64,000 nucleotides of DNA from Patescibacteria group bacterium (GTDB lineage: Bacteria; Patescibacteriota; Microgenomatia; Curtissbacterales; GWA2-41-24), in NCBI GenBank assembly GCA_038063735.1, contig JBBTUN010000002.1, positions 13,321 to 77,320 on the forward strand. The letters are read 5' to 3'. The notes beneath the pieces are model-generated. The model was given only the letters and a program-made list of their open reading frames with translations, did not search any database and was not told the DNA's origin. A program made the position numbers and the translations under genes. Of the stretch, positions 36,588 to 46,494 are shown piece by piece (position 1 is the stretch's first letter; the number at the start of each line of letters is the position of its first letter).

Positions 36588-38561
36588 GTGATAAAATATC
36601 CGATTACACGAATGAAATCCCAAGAACAAGACAAAATTCAAACTAATAATCAGCCAACTAATCCAAAAAAGGGTCCTATCCCCAAAGTTAATATGCCCAA
36701 AATCGGCAAAAAGACGTCCTGGCGGGGTTTTGCAATTTACGCGGTGTTTGGCCTTTTATTGTTTATTTTCTTTGCTGTTACTTCAAACCCTGCTGACCGG
36801 TTTTTGCCTGTTGAGCCGATTTCTACTGTAATAACAGACATCAAAAACGATAAGGTACAAAGCGTAGAAATTGATGGTAGCAAGATAAATGTAAAACTTA
36901 GGGATGGTAAAATTTATACTTCCAGAAAAGAAGACAATGAGTCTATCTTTGGTGCTCTTCAAGCAGGAGGTGCGGATCCAACAAAAGTTGCAATTACGGT
37001 GAAGGATAGGACAATGTCGGAAGCGTGGTTAACCCTTTTGACCACATTTTTACCACTTGGGATTATTATTCTTTTCTTCTTCTTCATTTTCCGTCAGGCA
37101 AGAGAGGGTGCGTCCAGTGTATTTTCGTTTGGACAGTCCAGGGCTAAGCAATTTTCGCGCGATATGCCCAAGATTACTTTCAAGGATGTTGCCGGTGTTG
37201 ATGAGGCGAAACAGGAGTTAATGGAGATTGTCGATTTTTTAAGACATTCGGAAAAATATAAAGCAATTGGAGCCAGGACTCCTAAAGGTGTACTTTTGGT
37301 AGGGCCTGCAGGTACCGGCAAGACTTTGCTGGCAAAGGCTGTTGCAGGTGAGGCAGGGGTACCGTTTTATTCGGTTGCAGGAAGTGAATTTATGGAAATG
37401 TTAGTAGGGGTGGGAGCCGCCCGTGTTCGGGATCTTTTTGCACAAGCCAAAAAGACGGCGCCTGCAATTATTTTTATAGACGAAATAGAGTCGATCGGTA
37501 GAGTGCGGGGTTCCGGCTTTAGTGGCGGACACGATGAGCGTGAACAAACCTTAAATCAAATACTGGTGGAAATGGATGGTTTTGCGCCGAACGAAAATGT
37601 AATGGTGATGGCGGCTACCAATAGGCCAGACATGCTAGACCCGGCACTAACTAGGCCGGGCAGGTTTGACAGGCGTGTTGCTCTGGACCTTCCGGACATT
37701 GAAGGCAGAAAGGCTATTATTCAGATTCATATGAAGGGTAAGCCGTTTGACAAGAATGTTGATATTGAAAGGTTGGCTAAGCGTACGGTTGGTTTTAGCG
37801 GTGCTGACCTTGCGAACATGCTTAACGAAGCGGCCATTTTAGCAGCCCGCGAAGCGCGTAAGGAAATAACCAATGTGGATTTGGAGGAAGCCGCAACAAA
37901 GACAAAATTGGGACCACAGAGAAAGAGAATGCAAAGCGAAGAAGAGAGAAAGATGACAGCTTATCACGAAGGAGGTCATGCAATTGTTGCTCATTTTCTG
38001 CCGAATGTTGACCCGGTACACAGAATTTCTATCGTTGCCCGTGCCAATACCGGAGGGCACACGGAGGTTCATCCACAGTTTGACAGAAACCTGGAAACAA
38101 AAACGAGGCTTTTGGACAGAATTGCGATGGCTTTGGGTGGTAGGGCGGCCGAAGAATTGATATTTCATGAGCTTACCAGTGGGGCGTCTTCCGATTTGCT
38201 GGTTGCAACTAATATTGCCCATGCGATGGTTGAGGAGCTTGGTATGAGTGATTTGGGGCCGACTGTGATGCAAGGGCGGGCGCAGTTTGGAATATGGCCT
38301 GTTCCGGGTGAGGGGGCACAAATGTCCCAAGATACGGCAGCTAAAGTTGACCGTGAGGTACAAAAAATGATTGATACCGGGTATAAAAAAGCGAAAGAAA
38401 CGCTTATTCGGCACAAGAAAGATTTGGATAAAGTTGCAGCGGCTCTTTTGGATCGCGAAACTTTGGAGCGTGACGACTTTGAGAAGATTGTTGGTAAACC
38501 TGCAACAAATGGTGAAGTAAAGTTTCATATTCCCAAAAAAACAAAGCCTGCTCAGGCTTAA
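36588..38561 (+). CDS. ftsH: ATP-dependent zinc metalloprotease FtsH
   Basis: Two TM helices, AAA module [13 protein letters not shown] / [14 protein letters not shown], and zinc site HEGGHA. Confidence 0.9.
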   Translation: MIKYPITRMKSQEQDKIQTNNQPTNPKKGPIPKVNMPKIGKKTSWRGFAIYAVFGLLLFIFFAVTSNPADRFLPVEPISTVITDIKNDKVQSVEIDGSKINVKLRDGKIYTSRKEDNESIFGALQAGGADPTKVAITVKDRTMSEAWLTLLTTFLPLGIIILFFFFIFRQAREGASSVFSFGQSRAKQFSRDMPKITFKDVAGVDEAKQELMEIVDFLRHSEKYKAIGARTPKGVLLVGPAGTGKTLLAKAVAGEAGVPFYSVAGSEFMEMLVGVGAARVRDLFAQAKKTAPAIIFIDEIESIGRVRGSGFSGGHDEREQTLNQILVEMDGFAPNENVMVMAATNRPDMLDPALTRPGRFDRRVALDLPDIEGRKAIIQIHMKGKPFDKNVDIERLAKRTVGFSGADLANMLNEAAILAAREARKEITNVDLEEAATKTKLGPQRKRMQSEEERKMTAYHEGGHAIVAHFLPNVDPVHRISIVARANTGGHTEVHPQFDRNLETKTRLLDRIAMALGGRAAEELIFHELTSGASSDLLVATNIAHAMVEELGMSDLGPTVMQGRAQFGIWPVPGEGAQMSQDTAAKVDREVQKMIDTGYKKAKETLIRHKKDLDKVAAALLDRETLERDDFEKIVGKPATNGEVKFHIPKKTKPAQA

Positions 38562-38588
38562 ACTTGTAGATTTCCTTTGTGCTAGAAT

Positions 38589-39605
38589 TTGGGCATGAGT
38601 TCTCCAAAAATTCTTCTGTTAATTGATGGGAATAATCTTTTCCATCGTGCGTATCATGCCTTGCCTGCATTAACTGACAAAACGGGTGAGAATGCCAACG
38701 CCGTTTTTGGATTTTCTAATATGCTGATTAGGGCAGTAAAGGAGGTCGAACCTACTTATATCGCCTGTGCATTTGATACCAAGGCGCCAACATTCCGCCA
38801 TGTAGAATTTGAGGCTTATAAAGCGCAAAGAAAAGCCCCGCCGGAGGATTTATATCCACAGCTGCCAAAAGTTAAGGCAGTATTGGATGCTTTTGGTGTT
38901 AAATATTTTGAAAAAGCGGGTTATGAAGCAGACGACATACTCGCGACTGTAGCGTCGCGAGCAGTTAATAGTTCACAGTTAATAGTTCACGGTAAGAAAA
39001 ATGAGAAAACTGTGAACCCCTCTGGAATCGGGGTAAACCGTGAACCGTCTACTGTTGACCAAGTGGTGATTCTTTCCGGCGACCGTGACCTACTTCAACT
39101 CGTTGATGGAAATATCAAGGTTCAGGCGCCCGGGTGGAACCTGAGCTCAACCACATTATATGGTTCAAAAGAGGTGGAAGAAAAGTTTGGAATCACACCC
39201 CTTCAAATGGTCGATTATAAGGCGATGATCGGAGACCCGAGTGATAACATTCCGGGGATTGCCGGCATTGGACCAAAAACGGCCTCGGCATTACTTCAAA
39301 AATACAAAACACTTGAGGGAATTTATGACAATATTGATGAAATTTCGGGAACAACAAAAGATAAGTTGGAAAAGGATAAAGAAATTGCCCTGGCTGCTAA
39401 AAAACTTGTTAAGCTGGATTGTAATGTAGATATTAGCTTTAAGCTGTCAGAGCTTAGATTTAATCCGGATTGGGAAAAAGTAATAAAAGAATTTGAAGGC
39501 TTGGGGTTTAAAAGTATTGTTGCTAAATTGCAAGGTAAAGCAGTGGGCAATGCAAAATCTGTACATGTTGCTGATAATAATAAAGACCAGCTTGAGTTAA
39601 TTTAA
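38589..39605 (+). CDS. 5'-3' exonuclease (DNA polymerase I N-terminal/FEN-like domain) with in-frame repeat insertion
   Basis: ILLLIDGNNLFHRAYHA..., acidic catalytic residues and the H3TH region GIPGIAGIGPKTA; about 30 extra residues encoded by the family-D element at 38962-39056. Confidence 0.8.
   Translation: MGMSSPKILLLIDGNNLFHRAYHALPALTDKTGENANAVFGFSNMLIRAVKEVEPTYIACAFDTKAPTFRHVEFEAYKAQRKAPPEDLYPQLPKVKAVLDAFGVKYFEKAGYEADDILATVASRAVNSSQLIVHGKKNEKTVNPSGIGVNREPSTVDQVVILSGDRDLLQLVDGNIKVQAPGWNLSSTTLYGSKEVEEKFGITPLQMVDYKAMIGDPSDNIPGIAGIGPKTASALLQKYKTLEGIYDNIDEISGTTKDKLEKDKEIALAAKKLVKLDCNVDISFKLSELRFNPDWEKVIKEFEGLGFKSIVAKLQGKAVGNAKSVHVADNNKDQLELI
38962..39056 (+). repeat. family-D nested-hairpin element in-frame in the 5'-3' exonuclease gene
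   Basis: GTTCACAGTTaatagttcacggtaagaaaaatgagaaAACTGTGAACccctctggaatcggggtaaaccgtgaaccgtc: 10-bp and 8-bp inverted repeats. Confidence 0.65.
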
Positions 39606-40286
39606 ATGATGGAAGGTCAAACAAAGAGAGAAACCGAAAAACAGCGCATTAACGCCATAATTTTTGATTTGGATGGTTTGCTTATCGACTCCGAACCTGT
39701 CTGGAATGATGCGTATGTGAAATTCATTTCTGTTAAAGGTCTTCCTGATGAGCCTGCTGTTTCTAGTCACTTTAGAGGAATGGGTATTAAAGAGATTGTT
39801 GGAATTTGGAAAAAAGAATATGGTTTGGAGGGAGAAATAGATCAGCTTGCAGCCGAATATAGGTCGTGTTTGTATGGGCTGATTTTAGAACCCGGAAGAC
39901 TTAAATTAATGGATGGTGCTACAGTTCTCCTTGAAAAATTGAAAGGGAAATATGTTCTTGGTGTGGCGACAAGTGGGCATCGTGATGAGATGGCGAGGAA
40001 GATTTTGGGATTGCTAGGTGTAGAAAATTATTTTGATCAAATAATTTCGGGGGATGATGTCACTCATGGCAAACCAGCTCCGGATGTCTATTTAGAAAGT
40101 GCGAGAAAGATTGCGCAGAGACCTATTAATTGTTTAGCTCTTGAGGATTCTGTAAACGGAGTGTTGTCAGGAAAGGCTTCAGGTATGAAAGTGATTGGGG
40201 TTAACGCAGATGAGAAACTAAGACAACAATTACAAGAAGCTGGGGCTGATGAAGTTTATAGTACCTTGGGGGATGTCCGGCTATGA
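39606..40286 (+). CDS. HAD-family hydrolase (beta-phosphoglucomutase-like)
   Basis: Motif I IIFDLDGLLIDSE, ...VATSG... and C-terminal ..EDS.NGV..G..AGM..I. Confidence 0.7.
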   Translation: MMEGQTKRETEKQRINAIIFDLDGLLIDSEPVWNDAYVKFISVKGLPDEPAVSSHFRGMGIKEIVGIWKKEYGLEGEIDQLAAEYRSCLYGLILEPGRLKLMDGATVLLEKLKGKYVLGVATSGHRDEMARKILGLLGVENYFDQIISGDDVTHGKPAPDVYLESARKIAQRPINCLALEDSVNGVLSGKASGMKVIGVNADEKLRQQLQEAGADEVYSTLGDVRL

Positions 40287-41482
40287 AAGTAGCTCTAGTC
40301 CATGATTATTTAAACGAGTTTGGGGGTGCGGAGAGGGTGCTACTAGCATTGTCGGAGATTTATCCGGACGCGCCGATTTATACGGCTTTTTACCAGGAGG
40401 GATCTTCGGCTTACAAAAGGTTTAAAGGAAAAAAAATAATTACTTCCTGGGCACAGAATGTGCCATTTTTTGCAAGTAAATTACATAGTCCATTACGGTT
40501 TTTGGCCCCGTTTATTTGGAACAGTTTTGTCCACCAGCTGGCGGATTACGATGTGGTGATTGGTTCGAGTAGCTGGTACGTAACGAAGGGGTTCAAACGT
40601 ATCAAAAGTATCAAAGGTAACAAAAGTTTCGTTGAGATTTGTTATTGCCATACTCCGCCAAGGTATTTGTATGGATATCCTACTGCTTCAAATTTACAAA
40701 AGCATTTTTTGGTTAGGGTATATGCACTTTTGGTTAACCATTTTATGCGAGTTTATGATTTTGAGGCGGCGCAACGCGTTGACTGGTTTATTGCCAATTC
40801 CAAAGAGGTTGCAGGTAGGGTTAAGAAGTTTTATCGAAGAGAATCCACGGTGATTTATCCACCGGTGGATGTAAAAAAGTTCACAGTTAATAGTTCACAG
40901 TTAATAGTTAATAAAAATACTATGAACCATGAACCGTCAACTAATTACTTTCTGGTTGTTTCCCGGCTTGTGGCGGCGAAAAATGTAGACATTGCAGTGG
41001 AAGTTTGTACAAATTTGAAATTGCCTTTGAAAATAGTTGGAACGGGTAAGGAGATGCAAGCTCTTAAGGAGCTAGCAAGTTCACAGTCCTCAGTGAACGG
41101 TGAACAGTCAACAATTGAGTTTCTCGGTGATGTTAGTGATAGTGAACTGGTTGAGCTTTATCAAAATTGTCGTTCCTTAATTTTTTCCGGGAGCCAGGAA
41201 GATTTTGGGATTGTGCCGGTTGAGGCAATGGCCGCGGGTAAGCCTGTCATTGCTTTAGCGGAGGGCGGAATCAAGGAGACTGTAATTGATGGTAAAACCG
41301 GGCTTTGGGTAGAGGATTTGGCGCCGGGCGCATTTGTCATTGCCATTAATAAATTTTTGGAAATGGAGAAAAAGGGGCAGTGGGATAGCGAATTTATCCG
41401 CAAACACGCCCAAAAATTCAGCAAGGAACGTTTTAAGCGCGAAATTAAGAAATTTGTGGAAAGTAAGCACAAAAAAGCTTGA
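40283..41482 (+). CDS. glycosyltransferase family 4 (GT-B)
   Basis: C-terminal EDFGIVPVEAMAAGKPVIA (E..7E-like) with preceding Rossmann-like segments; start overlaps the HAD stop. Confidence 0.8.
   Translation: MKVALVHDYLNEFGGAERVLLALSEIYPDAPIYTAFYQEGSSAYKRFKGKKIITSWAQNVPFFASKLHSPLRFLAPFIWNSFVHQLADYDVVIGSSSWYVTKGFKRIKSIKGNKSFVEICYCHTPPRYLYGYPTASNLQKHFLVRVYALLVNHFMRVYDFEAAQRVDWFIANSKEVAGRVKKFYRRESTVIYPPVDVKKFTVNSSQLIVNKNTMNHEPSTNYFLVVSRLVAAKNVDIAVEVCTNLKLPLKIVGTGKEMQALKELASSQSSVNGEQSTIEFLGDVSDSELVELYQNCRSLIFSGSQEDFGIVPVEAMAAGKPVIALAEGGIKETVIDGKTGLWVEDLAPGAFVIAINKFLEMEKKGQWDSEFIRKHAQKFSKERFKREIKKFVESKHKKA
40596..40628 (+). repeat. GTATCAAA tandem units in-frame in the GT4 gene (encodes KRIKSIKGNK)
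   Basis: acgtatcaaaagtatcaaaggtaacaaaag; same unit as 62765-62805. Confidence 0.55.
40879..40945 (+). repeat. family-D element in-frame in the GT4 gene
   Basis: ttcacagttaatagttcacagttaatagttaataaaaatactatgaaccatgaaccgtcaactaat. Confidence 0.65.
41078..41112 (+). repeat. family-D short hairpin in-frame in the GT4 gene
   Basis: aGTTCACagtcctcaGTGAACggtgaacagtcaac. Confidence 0.5.
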
Positions 41483-42273
41483 ATATGACTGGAAATGCCC
41501 CAATCCTTGAAGTAAAAAACCTGGTCAAAAATTTTGCTACGTATTGTGCTGTCGACGACATCTCTTTTTCTGTTGGAGAAGGCGAAATTTTGGGTTTTTT
41601 GGGACCAAATGGAGCTGGGAAGAGCACGACAATAAATTGCTTGCTTGGAGTTGTTGAGAAAGACAATGGACAGATAAAGATGTTTGGCCTGGATGTTGCA
41701 AAACATCGGGTCAGTGTAATGCAAAATGTGAATTATTGTTCTGCGGAATATGTTTTACCTTGGAACTTAACATTGTACGAAAATTTGTTAGTTTACGCTA
41801 AATTGTATGAAGTAAAAAAAGCCAAACAACGAGTCTTGGAGGTTTTAGAAGAGCTAGAAATGACAGATATGAGAAATACAATAATAAGAAGTCTTTCCTT
41901 AGGCCAGCGGGCGAGAGCTAACTTTTGCAAGGCACTTATAAACAGGCCTAAGCTGTTGCTTTTGGATGAACCAATGGCGTCGATGGATCCGGATGTAGTT
42001 GACCGTGGTATAAACTTGATTAAAAAGATACAAAAAGAGGAAAAAATGACAATTTTATATACGTCTCACAACATGTGGGAAATTGAACAAGTTGCCGATA
42101 ATGTTGTTTTTATTAATCATGGCAAAATAATTGCTCAAGGTAGCCCACTTGAATTAACGAGGCAGGAATTGGCACTCGAAGCAAAAGAACCGAATTTGCG
42201 GGAGGTATTCATACAGCTTTCAAGAAAAAAGCTCAGTAGGGATTCTGGAGGGGATAAAGATGTCTCGAGATAG
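41479..42273 (+). CDS. ABC transporter ATP-binding protein
   Basis: Walker A GPNGAGKST, signature LSLGQRAR, Walker B LLLLDEP. Confidence 0.8.
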   Translation: MNMTGNAPILEVKNLVKNFATYCAVDDISFSVGEGEILGFLGPNGAGKSTTINCLLGVVEKDNGQIKMFGLDVAKHRVSVMQNVNYCSAEYVLPWNLTLYENLLVYAKLYEVKKAKQRVLEVLEELEMTDMRNTIIRSLSLGQRARANFCKALINRPKLLLLDEPMASMDPDVVDRGINLIKKIQKEEKMTILYTSHNMWEIEQVADNVVFINHGKIIAQGSPLELTRQELALEAKEPNLREVFIQLSRKKLSRDSGGDKDVSR

Positions 42274-43036
42274 AATTTACGCAATGTTACTCCGGCATTA
42301 TTTTCTGACTACTCATCATTTGGAGCGATTTGCCGACTTGTTGATATTTCCAATTGTGGGGCTTGTTATGTGGGGATTTTTAGCAAATTACATTCAGGTA
42401 CAATCATCATCTTTGGCTGCCTTTTTTTTGGGTGGAATGATTTTATGGGTTATTTTTGAACGGGTTGGAACATCCATTGGGATTGATTTTATGTATGAAC
42501 TTTGGGAAAAAAATTTGGTTAATATACTGGCTAGCCCAATTACTACTGTTGAGCTTATTTTTAGTTTGGTTTTGGTATCGGTTACAAAAGTTCTGATTTC
42601 TTTTGCTGCAATGGTAGTTTTGGCAATATTATTTTATGGATTTAATATTTTTTCGTTGGGTTTTATGTTGATACTTTTTTGGATTAATTTAATATTATTT
42701 GCGGTGTCCCTTGGAGTTTTTAGTATAGGTTTAATTACAAGGTGGGGGCATTCTGCCGGCCCTTTAACTTGGGTTTTGCCTTTTATGATTCAGCCATTTG
42801 CTGCTGTTTTTTATCCCGTTCGTGTGCTACCTCAGTTTTTCCAAAAATTGGTTTGGTTTTTGCCGATCTCCCATGTATTTGAAGGTATGCGTTATACTTT
42901 TGAGACGAAAATGTTTAATTCGGGCGAATTTTTTATATCTTTAGGACTAAACGTTATTTATTTTTCTATGGCTGTTGCCTTTTTTACCTATATGCTAAGA
43001 GGATCGAGAAGGAAAGGGACACTTGCCAAGCTTTAA
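42260..43036 (+). CDS. ABC-2 type transporter permease
   Basis: Six hydrophobic segments; overlaps the upstream ABC ATPase by 14 nt. Confidence 0.6.
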   Translation: MSRDRIYAMLLRHYFLTTHHLERFADLLIFPIVGLVMWGFLANYIQVQSSSLAAFFLGGMILWVIFERVGTSIGIDFMYELWEKNLVNILASPITTVELIFSLVLVSVTKVLISFAAMVVLAILFYGFNIFSLGFMLILFWINLILFAVSLGVFSIGLITRWGHSAGPLTWVLPFMIQPFAAVFYPVRVLPQFFQKLVWFLPISHVFEGMRYTFETKMFNSGEFFISLGLNVIYFSMAVAFFTYMLRGSRRKGTLAKL

Positions 43037-43038
43037 AA

Positions 43039-43950
43039 ATGCCTGAATTACCCGAAGTAACGGTTGTAGTTAATAGTTTGAATAATGCAATAAAGGGCTT
43101 AACTTTTGATTCAGTTGAATACGACTGGAAGCCGAAGTTTTATTGGAATGGATTTTCGATAAAAGATTTAAAAGGGGCAAAAGTAAAGGATGTCCGTAGG
43201 TGGGGGAAAGTGATTGTAATTGATCTAGAGACAAGCAAAAAGCAAAAAGCAAAAAGTAGAGGTATGTCGATAGTTATCCACCTTAAATTGACCGGGCAGC
43301 TGGTCTATCAGGACAAAAGGATAAGGGTGGGCGGTGGACATCCTATTCCGCCTCTTAATAAACCTGTTCCAAATGGTACTACCCGGGCTACTTTTGCTTT
43401 TACAAATGGAGGACATTTGTATTTTAACGACATGCGTAAGTTTGGATGGGTAAAGATAGTTGCAAGCGATGAGCGATCTATAAAGGACGCTATCGGAAAG
43501 ATTGAGCTGGGGCCAGACCCAATGACGATGAAATTTGAAGAATTTCGCCAAAGGCTAAAGGCCAAAGGCCAAAGGCGGATAAAACAATTATTAATGGATC
43601 AGGCTTTTGTTGCCGGAGTTGGCAATATTTACAGTGATGAAGCTTTGTGGCGTGCTAAGGTGCACCCAAAAAGGTCTGTTGTGAGTTTAACTGATGCTGA
43701 AATAAAGGCAATATTTAAAGGTTTGATTGACAGTTTTAATTTGGCTATAGAAAAAGGCGGATCTAGCGCTAATTCTTTTGTAGATGGTCGAGGCGAAAAA
43801 GGACTCTATCTTAGTTTTGCAAATGCTTATCATATGACCGGTACGCCATGTAAGCGCTGCAAAACACCAATTGTGCGCGAAAAAATGGATGGCAGGAGTG
43901 CACACTACTGTCCAAATTGTCAAAAGTTGCAACAGCAACTGTTGGTATAG
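43039..43950 (+). CDS. fpg: formamidopyrimidine-DNA glycosylase (Fpg/Nei family)
   Basis: N-terminal MPELPEV catalytic Pro2/Glu3, H2TH region, and C-terminal zinc finger C.RC......GRS...CP.CQ. Confidence 0.8.
   Translation: MPELPEVTVVVNSLNNAIKGLTFDSVEYDWKPKFYWNGFSIKDLKGAKVKDVRRWGKVIVIDLETSKKQKAKSRGMSIVIHLKLTGQLVYQDKRIRVGGGHPIPPLNKPVPNGTTRATFAFTNGGHLYFNDMRKFGWVKIVASDERSIKDAIGKIELGPDPMTMKFEEFRQRLKAKGQRRIKQLLMDQAFVAGVGNIYSDEALWRAKVHPKRSVVSLTDAEIKAIFKGLIDSFNLAIEKGGSSANSFVDGRGEKGLYLSFANAYHMTGTPCKRCKTPIVREKMDGRSAHYCPNCQKLQQQLLV
43231..43258 (+). repeat. AAGCAAAA tandem units in-frame in fpg (encodes KKQKAKS)
   Basis: aaagcaaaaagcaaaaagcaaaaagtag; compare 49921-49944. Confidence 0.55.
43555..43575 (+). 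repeat. AAGGCC tandem in fpg
   Basis: aaggccaaaggccaaaggcgg. Confidence 0.45.
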
Positions 43951-44007
43951 TGCCTAAAATGCACTATATACAACAATTGTCACATCAGTCGAAGTTAACT
44001 TAAATAA

Positions 44008-45240
44008 ATGCCGTTTTTGCCAAAAACCTACTTAGCACTTTTTAAAAATCGTGATTTTTTTATTCTGTCAGCAATAATTTTTTTTGGTCAAGCAGCGTCT
44101 GCTTTTTTAGTGCTGACGCTTATTATTTCTGTATTTTTAAAAACCGGTAGCAATATCGGAGTATCCGGAGTAGTTCTTTCCTTTACAATCCCTTCATTTT
44201 TTTTGATGGCATTTTCTGGGCTGCTTGCCGATATTTTTGATCGCAGAAAAACGATAATTTTTGCCAATGTGTTTATTACACTGGTTGTTCTTATGATTAT
44301 TTACACTCAAAAGGCTGTTTATGCTTCTATCCCCTTGTCCTTTTTATATTTTGCAGGGAACTCTTTTTTTATACCGGCGTCCAGTGCTGCGACTGCACAA
44401 CTTGTCAAAAAGAATGAGTTACTGGTTGCCAATTCTATTTTTATATTTAATTTGGCTGGGGGTGTTCTTTTGGGTCTTTTTGCGGCGGCTGTCGTTTATT
44501 TTTTCTTTGGGGCATATGTGACACTTGTGATTTGTGAAGTGTTTTTGCTGGTCGCGGCAGTACTTTCATTCTTTTTACCAAAACTTGTACCTCTTGAAAA
44601 AAGTGAAGATTCTTTTCGAAAGCGCGTTAGTAATATTTGGGACGGTTTTGTCTATATGTTTAAATCCCGAACAGTCTGGTTCTTTTTTGTAGCTTTTGCG
44701 GCAATACAGGGTGTAATTGTTTTTGGAATAACCTTGGCGCCTGGCTTTTTTACAGAAATAGTCGGAATTTCTATTGAAAAAGCTTTAGTTTTCGTTTTCC
44801 CGCTTATCACCGTGGGGGTCCTGTTTGGCATTGGGGTTATTAATAAACCTAAAATTAACGAACTGTCCCTCTTGTCGCTTGGAAATTTGGTGATGGGTGC
44901 AAGCCTCTTTTTTTATGGTATTTCTTTAAAAATTCAACTGTTTTCCAGATTGGCACTGGCTTTTTTGGCTGTGCCATTTTTAATTGGTTTAGGGTTTGGG
45001 ACTATCCTTATTATGATTGCCTCCCGGACTGTTCTTCAAAAAAAAATACCGCACACTCACCAGGGGACAGTTTTTGGGGCAAATATAATACTGGCATCGC
45101 TATTCGCCGCATTTGCATCTCCACTTGCAGTAATGTTTGAGGTTATTTTTGGCTATTTGGGCACTTTGGTGTTGGGGGGAACTGCTTTAGGGTTTTCTGG
45201 AGCGCTTTTTATTTATTTGGGTAAAAAGTGGAAATATTAA
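44008..45240 (+). CDS. MFS transporter
   Basis: 410 aa, about 12 hydrophobic segments; GLLADIFDRRK after TM2 resembles the MFS signature. Confidence 0.6.
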   Translation: MPFLPKTYLALFKNRDFFILSAIIFFGQAASAFLVLTLIISVFLKTGSNIGVSGVVLSFTIPSFFLMAFSGLLADIFDRRKTIIFANVFITLVVLMIIYTQKAVYASIPLSFLYFAGNSFFIPASSAATAQLVKKNELLVANSIFIFNLAGGVLLGLFAAAVVYFFFGAYVTLVICEVFLLVAAVLSFFLPKLVPLEKSEDSFRKRVSNIWDGFVYMFKSRTVWFFFVAFAAIQGVIVFGITLAPGFFTEIVGISIEKALVFVFPLITVGVLFGIGVINKPKINELSLLSLGNLVMGASLFFYGISLKIQLFSRLALAFLAVPFLIGLGFGTILIMIASRTVLQKKIPHTHQGTVFGANIILASLFAAFASPLAVMFEVIFGYLGTLVLGGTALGFSGALFIYLGKKWKY

Positions 45241-45304
45241 AAAGTGATAGAGATATTAAGGGTCAGAGTGTGAGAGAGAGAAGAGTTATAATTCCCCTAA
45301 AATA

Positions 45305-46468
45305 ATGCGCATAGATTCTCTTAAGCTTACGAACTACCGGAATTTTACTGCTCAGAAGATATCGTTTGACGGAAAACTCACAGCGATTGTGGGTAAAAAC
45401 GGTGCCGGTAAAAGCAATATTTTAGAGGCTGTCGCTATGCTATCCGGAATTAGGCCGATAAGGGTAGAAACGGATTTGGATTTAGTCCGTTTTGGGGCAG
45501 AAAGTGCCAAAGTTGAAGGGGAAATTTCTTCTGAGGGTGACACCAAAAGTTTAATAGTTAACCTACAAGTTATAGATAGGCGAGTTGGTAAGTCTTTTTA
45601 TATAGGTGCATTTAAAAAGAGGCTCGTGGATTTTGTGGAAGTTTTTTCTATAGTTGTTTTCGAGCCAAGTGATTTAGATTTGGTTTCCGGTTCTCCGTCT
45701 TTGCGTCGTCGTCACCTGGACAGGTTTTTATCATCCATTGACGGTAAATACTGGAGAAGTGTCAGCGCTTATGGAAAGATTGTGACGAGAAGAAATAAGA
45801 TTTTGGGAAGAATTGGAGAAGGCAGGGCGAAACCTTTGGAGCTTGGTTTTTGGGACTCACGCCTCTTGGAGCACGGAAAGTATGTTTCGAAAGTGCGTGA
45901 GGAGTTTTTTGAGTTTTTGAATTTTGTCGAAGCGGTTAATGACTCGGGTCCTGTCAGTTCTTTCCTTCCCACTCCTTCGATCGTCTCAGGACAAGCAGTG
46001 CAGCGCGTTTATCCTGAGCGAAGTCGAAGGGCTGTCGGGAACCCTTCTAGAACTGCCACCCGCGAAAATATTAGCGGATTTTTCTGGAACTTAAAGCAGA
46101 GTGTTTTAACTGAGGAGAAGCTCAAGAATAATAGAGAGCGCGATATTGCAGCAGGCATTACGCTTTCTGGCCCGCATCGCGATGATTTCAGATTTGTTCA
46201 CAAAAAACGCGATTTGGAGTTTTTCGGTTCTCGCGGGCAGCAGCGTATGGCAGTTTTGGCACTAAAGCTTGCAGAGCTTGAGTACCACCGTGTCAAGCGC
46301 GGGCAACGGCCGGTACTAGCGCTGGATGATATTTTTTCGGAATTGGATTGGGAGCACAGGAATACTGTTTTGTCGGTAATATCAAATCAACAAACAATTA
46401 TTACGGCAGCGGAAAAAGAATCCATCCCGAGGGAAATTTTCAAAAAGGCAAAGATTGTGGAACTGTAA
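45305..46468 (+). CDS. recF: DNA replication/repair protein RecF, with in-frame repeat insertion
   Basis: MRIDSLKLTNYRNF......F.....AIVGKNGAGKSNILEA and C-terminal ...LDDIFSELD; about 40 extra residues at 45960-46080 encoded by the family-A element. Confidence 0.75.
   Translation: MRIDSLKLTNYRNFTAQKISFDGKLTAIVGKNGAGKSNILEAVAMLSGIRPIRVETDLDLVRFGAESAKVEGEISSEGDTKSLIVNLQVIDRRVGKSFYIGAFKKRLVDFVEVFSIVVFEPSDLDLVSGSPSLRRRHLDRFLSSIDGKYWRSVSAYGKIVTRRNKILGRIGEGRAKPLELGFWDSRLLEHGKYVSKVREEFFEFLNFVEAVNDSGPVSSFLPTPSIVSGQAVQRVYPERSRRAVGNPSRTATRENISGFFWNLKQSVLTEEKLKNNRERDIAAGITLSGPHRDDFRFVHKKRDLEFFGSRGQQRMAVLALKLAELEYHRVKRGQRPVLALDDIFSELDWEHRNTVLSVISNQQTIITAAEKESIPREIFKKAKIVEL
46029..46068 (+). repeat. family-A in-frame element (encodes RRAVGNPSRTATRE) in recF
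   Basis: gggctgtcgggaacccttctagaactgccacccgcgaaaa. Confidence 0.65.
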
Positions 46469-46494
46469 GGACATTATCTGTATAATTCTCGTTT

